Origin: an uncultured cyanobacterium
GTDB taxonomy: Bacteria; Cyanobacteriota; Cyanobacteriia; Cyanobacteriales; Cyanobacteriaceae
Reading direction: 5' to 3'
Length of the DNA: 64,000 bases
Assembly (NCBI GenBank): GCA_963710605.1
Contig: CAVQBA010000004.1
Span: forward strand, 1,312,001-1,376,000
The stretch's first letter is position 1. Every line of letters begins with the position of its first letter. The position numbers and the translations under genes were made by a program. The notes beneath the pieces were generated by a model. It was not told where the DNA came from and did not search any database. It was given only the letters and a program-made list of their open reading frames with translations. This document shows, piece by piece, positions 61,863 through 64,000 of this stretch.

Positions 61863-61940
61863 TAATTGACAATTGACAATTAAGAATTTAACTCTTGCCT
61901 CTTGCCTCTTTTTACTCATTACTCATTACTTATTACTCAT
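61850..61940. repeat. mixed STRR arrays (AATTGAC, TCTTGCC-like, TTACTCA)
   Basis: tandem short repeats overlapping and following the ATPase stop codon. Confidence 0.8.
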
Positions 61941-62083
61941 ACGTACGTACTTTATCAAAACAAAATAAAAATTGTATAATAACTAATGTATCTTGTAATA
62001 AAAATAACAAATACTTAGAAGATAATAATTCCAATTAATTGATCAACAATTAATCAAACTAAAATTCTTAGTGAAACAGACTC

Positions 62084-62539
62084 ATGACTACACTTCTAAC
62101 AATGAAAAAAAATCTTGTCCAACCCCATAAAGCCCACATTATAATCGTGGAAGATGATAAAGGTAAAAGAGAGATTTTATTGCGTAAAAGTGTTTATACG
62201 ATCGGTCGTTCACAACAATGTAATATTAAGATTAATTCAGCGTTCGTCTCCCGTTATCACGCAACTATCTTAAGAGAATTTGATTCTCAAGGCTATGTTA
62301 ATTACAAAATTGTCGATGGAGATGGGCAAGCAAAGTTTAGTGTTAATGGGATTTTAGTTAATGGTAAAAAAGTAGCTAATCAGCTTTTAAAACACGGAGA
62401 TAAAGTTGTTTTTGGACCACAAGTATCGATCGTTTATCAGCATTGTCAAAGAGATATATTCCCTTCTTTACCGCCAGATGATCCTTTTGATATTACTTTG
62501 ATTGATCCTGCTATGATGATTGGGGAATTAGATGATTAA
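62084..62539 (+). CDS. FHA domain protein
   Basis: IGRS, VSRYHA, SVNGILVNG, LKHGD.VVFG. Confidence 0.92.
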   Translation: MTTLLTMKKNLVQPHKAHIIIVEDDKGKREILLRKSVYTIGRSQQCNIKINSAFVSRYHATILREFDSQGYVNYKIVDGDGQAKFSVNGILVNGKKVANQLLKHGDKVVFGPQVSIVYQHCQRDIFPSLPPDDPFDITLIDPAMMIGELDD

Positions 62540-62683
62540 AAAAATACGTAGCATTCTATTTGTCAACTGGGGATAAAGTTTTTACTAAACTTAGATAAAA
62601 TACCCGAAAATAATTATGTTACGATGTAAGCGATTAGTTATAATTCCAAAAAGCTAGAACAAATTATCTTTAGATTAATCTCT

Positions 62684-63863
62684 ATGATCGCATCGTCAGA
62701 CATTATTGCAAGTATTGCCGATGATTTAAATCGTTTACAAGAAAAAAAAAGAGCCAAAAAATTAGTTTTTTATATTAGTCAGAGATACTGGGAGTCTGAT
62801 TACTCTTTTGTTGAGAGTCATTCGTTTGAATCATTACTTAATAACATACATCAAACCAATCCGACTTTAGAAGATTTAAAAGCACTACTTTATCAAGCAG
62901 TTAATACTCTCAACAACAAAACTGTTTATACTAAAATTGCTCAATATATTTTCAAGCGGATGTCACCGTTGTATGTAGAAGTGGCTGAAGATAATCAAGG
63001 TCAAGGTAATGAATTAGAAACACAAATAATCGATCGTATTAGTGAAAATATACAATACCACGAAGAAGCATCGAGAATTAAAAAACTAATTTTTGCCGCT
63101 TGCAAACAATATTGGGAAAATGACAGTGATGTTATTGAAATGTATGATTTTAAGGAATTACTTTTAGAATTGTATGAGCTATATCCTAATCAGAAAAGAT
63201 TGAAAAAAGCCTTATACAAAATAGTTGCAAGTATCAATCGTCAAAATTTTTATTCTTTTATCGCCGATGCAATTATTAATGAGTTAACTTATCTTTATAA
63301 TCATGAAGTTAGAGAAATTCGAGCAGAAGAAGATAGCACTGCATTGATTAGAGCGAAAAGAAGAAAAAGCCCGATTTTAGATACAGATGAATCTACCTCA
63401 ATTAGAATTAATACCCAAAACCAGCAGGTTGATTTAGACGAAGATGATACACAAATTAGTATTAGCGAAGCAGGAGAAGAAAGTTTATCGATCAAGTTAG
63501 GTACAGATGTTATGCCTAGTACTGTACCTGAAGGACAAGTTATACCTTGGTTAAAAGTTGATAGTTTGTTTGACTTAAAGCAAGAGATAATGCAATATAC
63601 TAATCCTTTAAAAGCTAAAATTATCTTGTTTTATACTGTTTATCAAATTGATCCTTATGAACAACATTGGGCTGTAGTTAGAACTTGTAGTTTAGATGAT
63701 CTACTAATTAAACTTTTTCAACAATATGGCAAAAATATAGAAACGATTCGAAACTGAGCTATCTAAAATAGCTAATTATCAAATAGAAACTTTAGAAATA
63801 GAAGAAAACGCTCAAGTTGTTAGTGCTTTAACTGAGAGTATTAAACGTTTTTACAAAAAATAA
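62684..63863 (+). CDS. hypothetical protein with three related helical domains (apparent extra base near 63747)
   Basis: recurrent R.KKL.F......WE.D motif; shifted frame continues IETELSKIANY...SIKRFYKK* to 63863. Confidence 0.7.
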
Positions 63864-63894
63864 ATCAATCTTTAAATATTTGGCTCAAGATAAA

Positions 63895-64000
63895 ATGGAA
63901 ATTAATCAATTTATAGAAGAGTTTAATTCTGGGAAAGTTGATTTTACCCGAATAATGTTACCCGGAATCGATTTGACAGGAACTGATTTAATTGGTGTTA
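63895..64000 (+). CDS. probable pentapeptide repeat protein, N-terminus (runs off window)
   Basis: MEINQFIEEFNSGKVDFTRIMLPGIDLTGTDLIGV. Confidence 0.6.
   Translation, partial: MEINQFIEEFNSGKVDFTRIMLPGIDLTGTDLIGV

Overview
AT-rich cyanobacterial chromosome segment. The assignment rests on abundant CGATCG/GCGATCGC (HIP1-type) sites, heptamer STRR arrays and genes such as ftsH2, menE and a Psb35-related gene; a Cyanobacterium/Geminocystis-like host is my inference. Most genes are housekeeping (tldD, purS/purQ, cbiG-cobJ, wecA-like, rluD-like, gltS, alr, lexA, menE, ftsH, alpha-amylase, ygfZ, UvrD helicase, Cu-ATPase). Main points of interest: (1) a polyamine operon pairing a divergent AdoMetDC-like pyruvoyl decarboxylase with the dcSAM-independent carboxy(nor)spermidine decarboxylase and dehydrogenase; (2) a tandem duplication of a TIGR03032 + 7-repeat FG-GAP/DUF4214-like surface-protein module whose junction (gltS 3' end fused to mid-lysR) is still readable; (3) a secreted VWA7/HET-C-like protein; (4) a solo intact TnpB element; (5) a toxin-antitoxin pair with a perfect palindromic operator; (6) several families of small dispersed repeats and MITEs. 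Five conserved genes are broken by single-base lesions, three of them at CGATCG sites, which points to sequencing error. No rRNA, tRNA or CRISPR array was recognised. All family calls come from motif recognition, not database searches.
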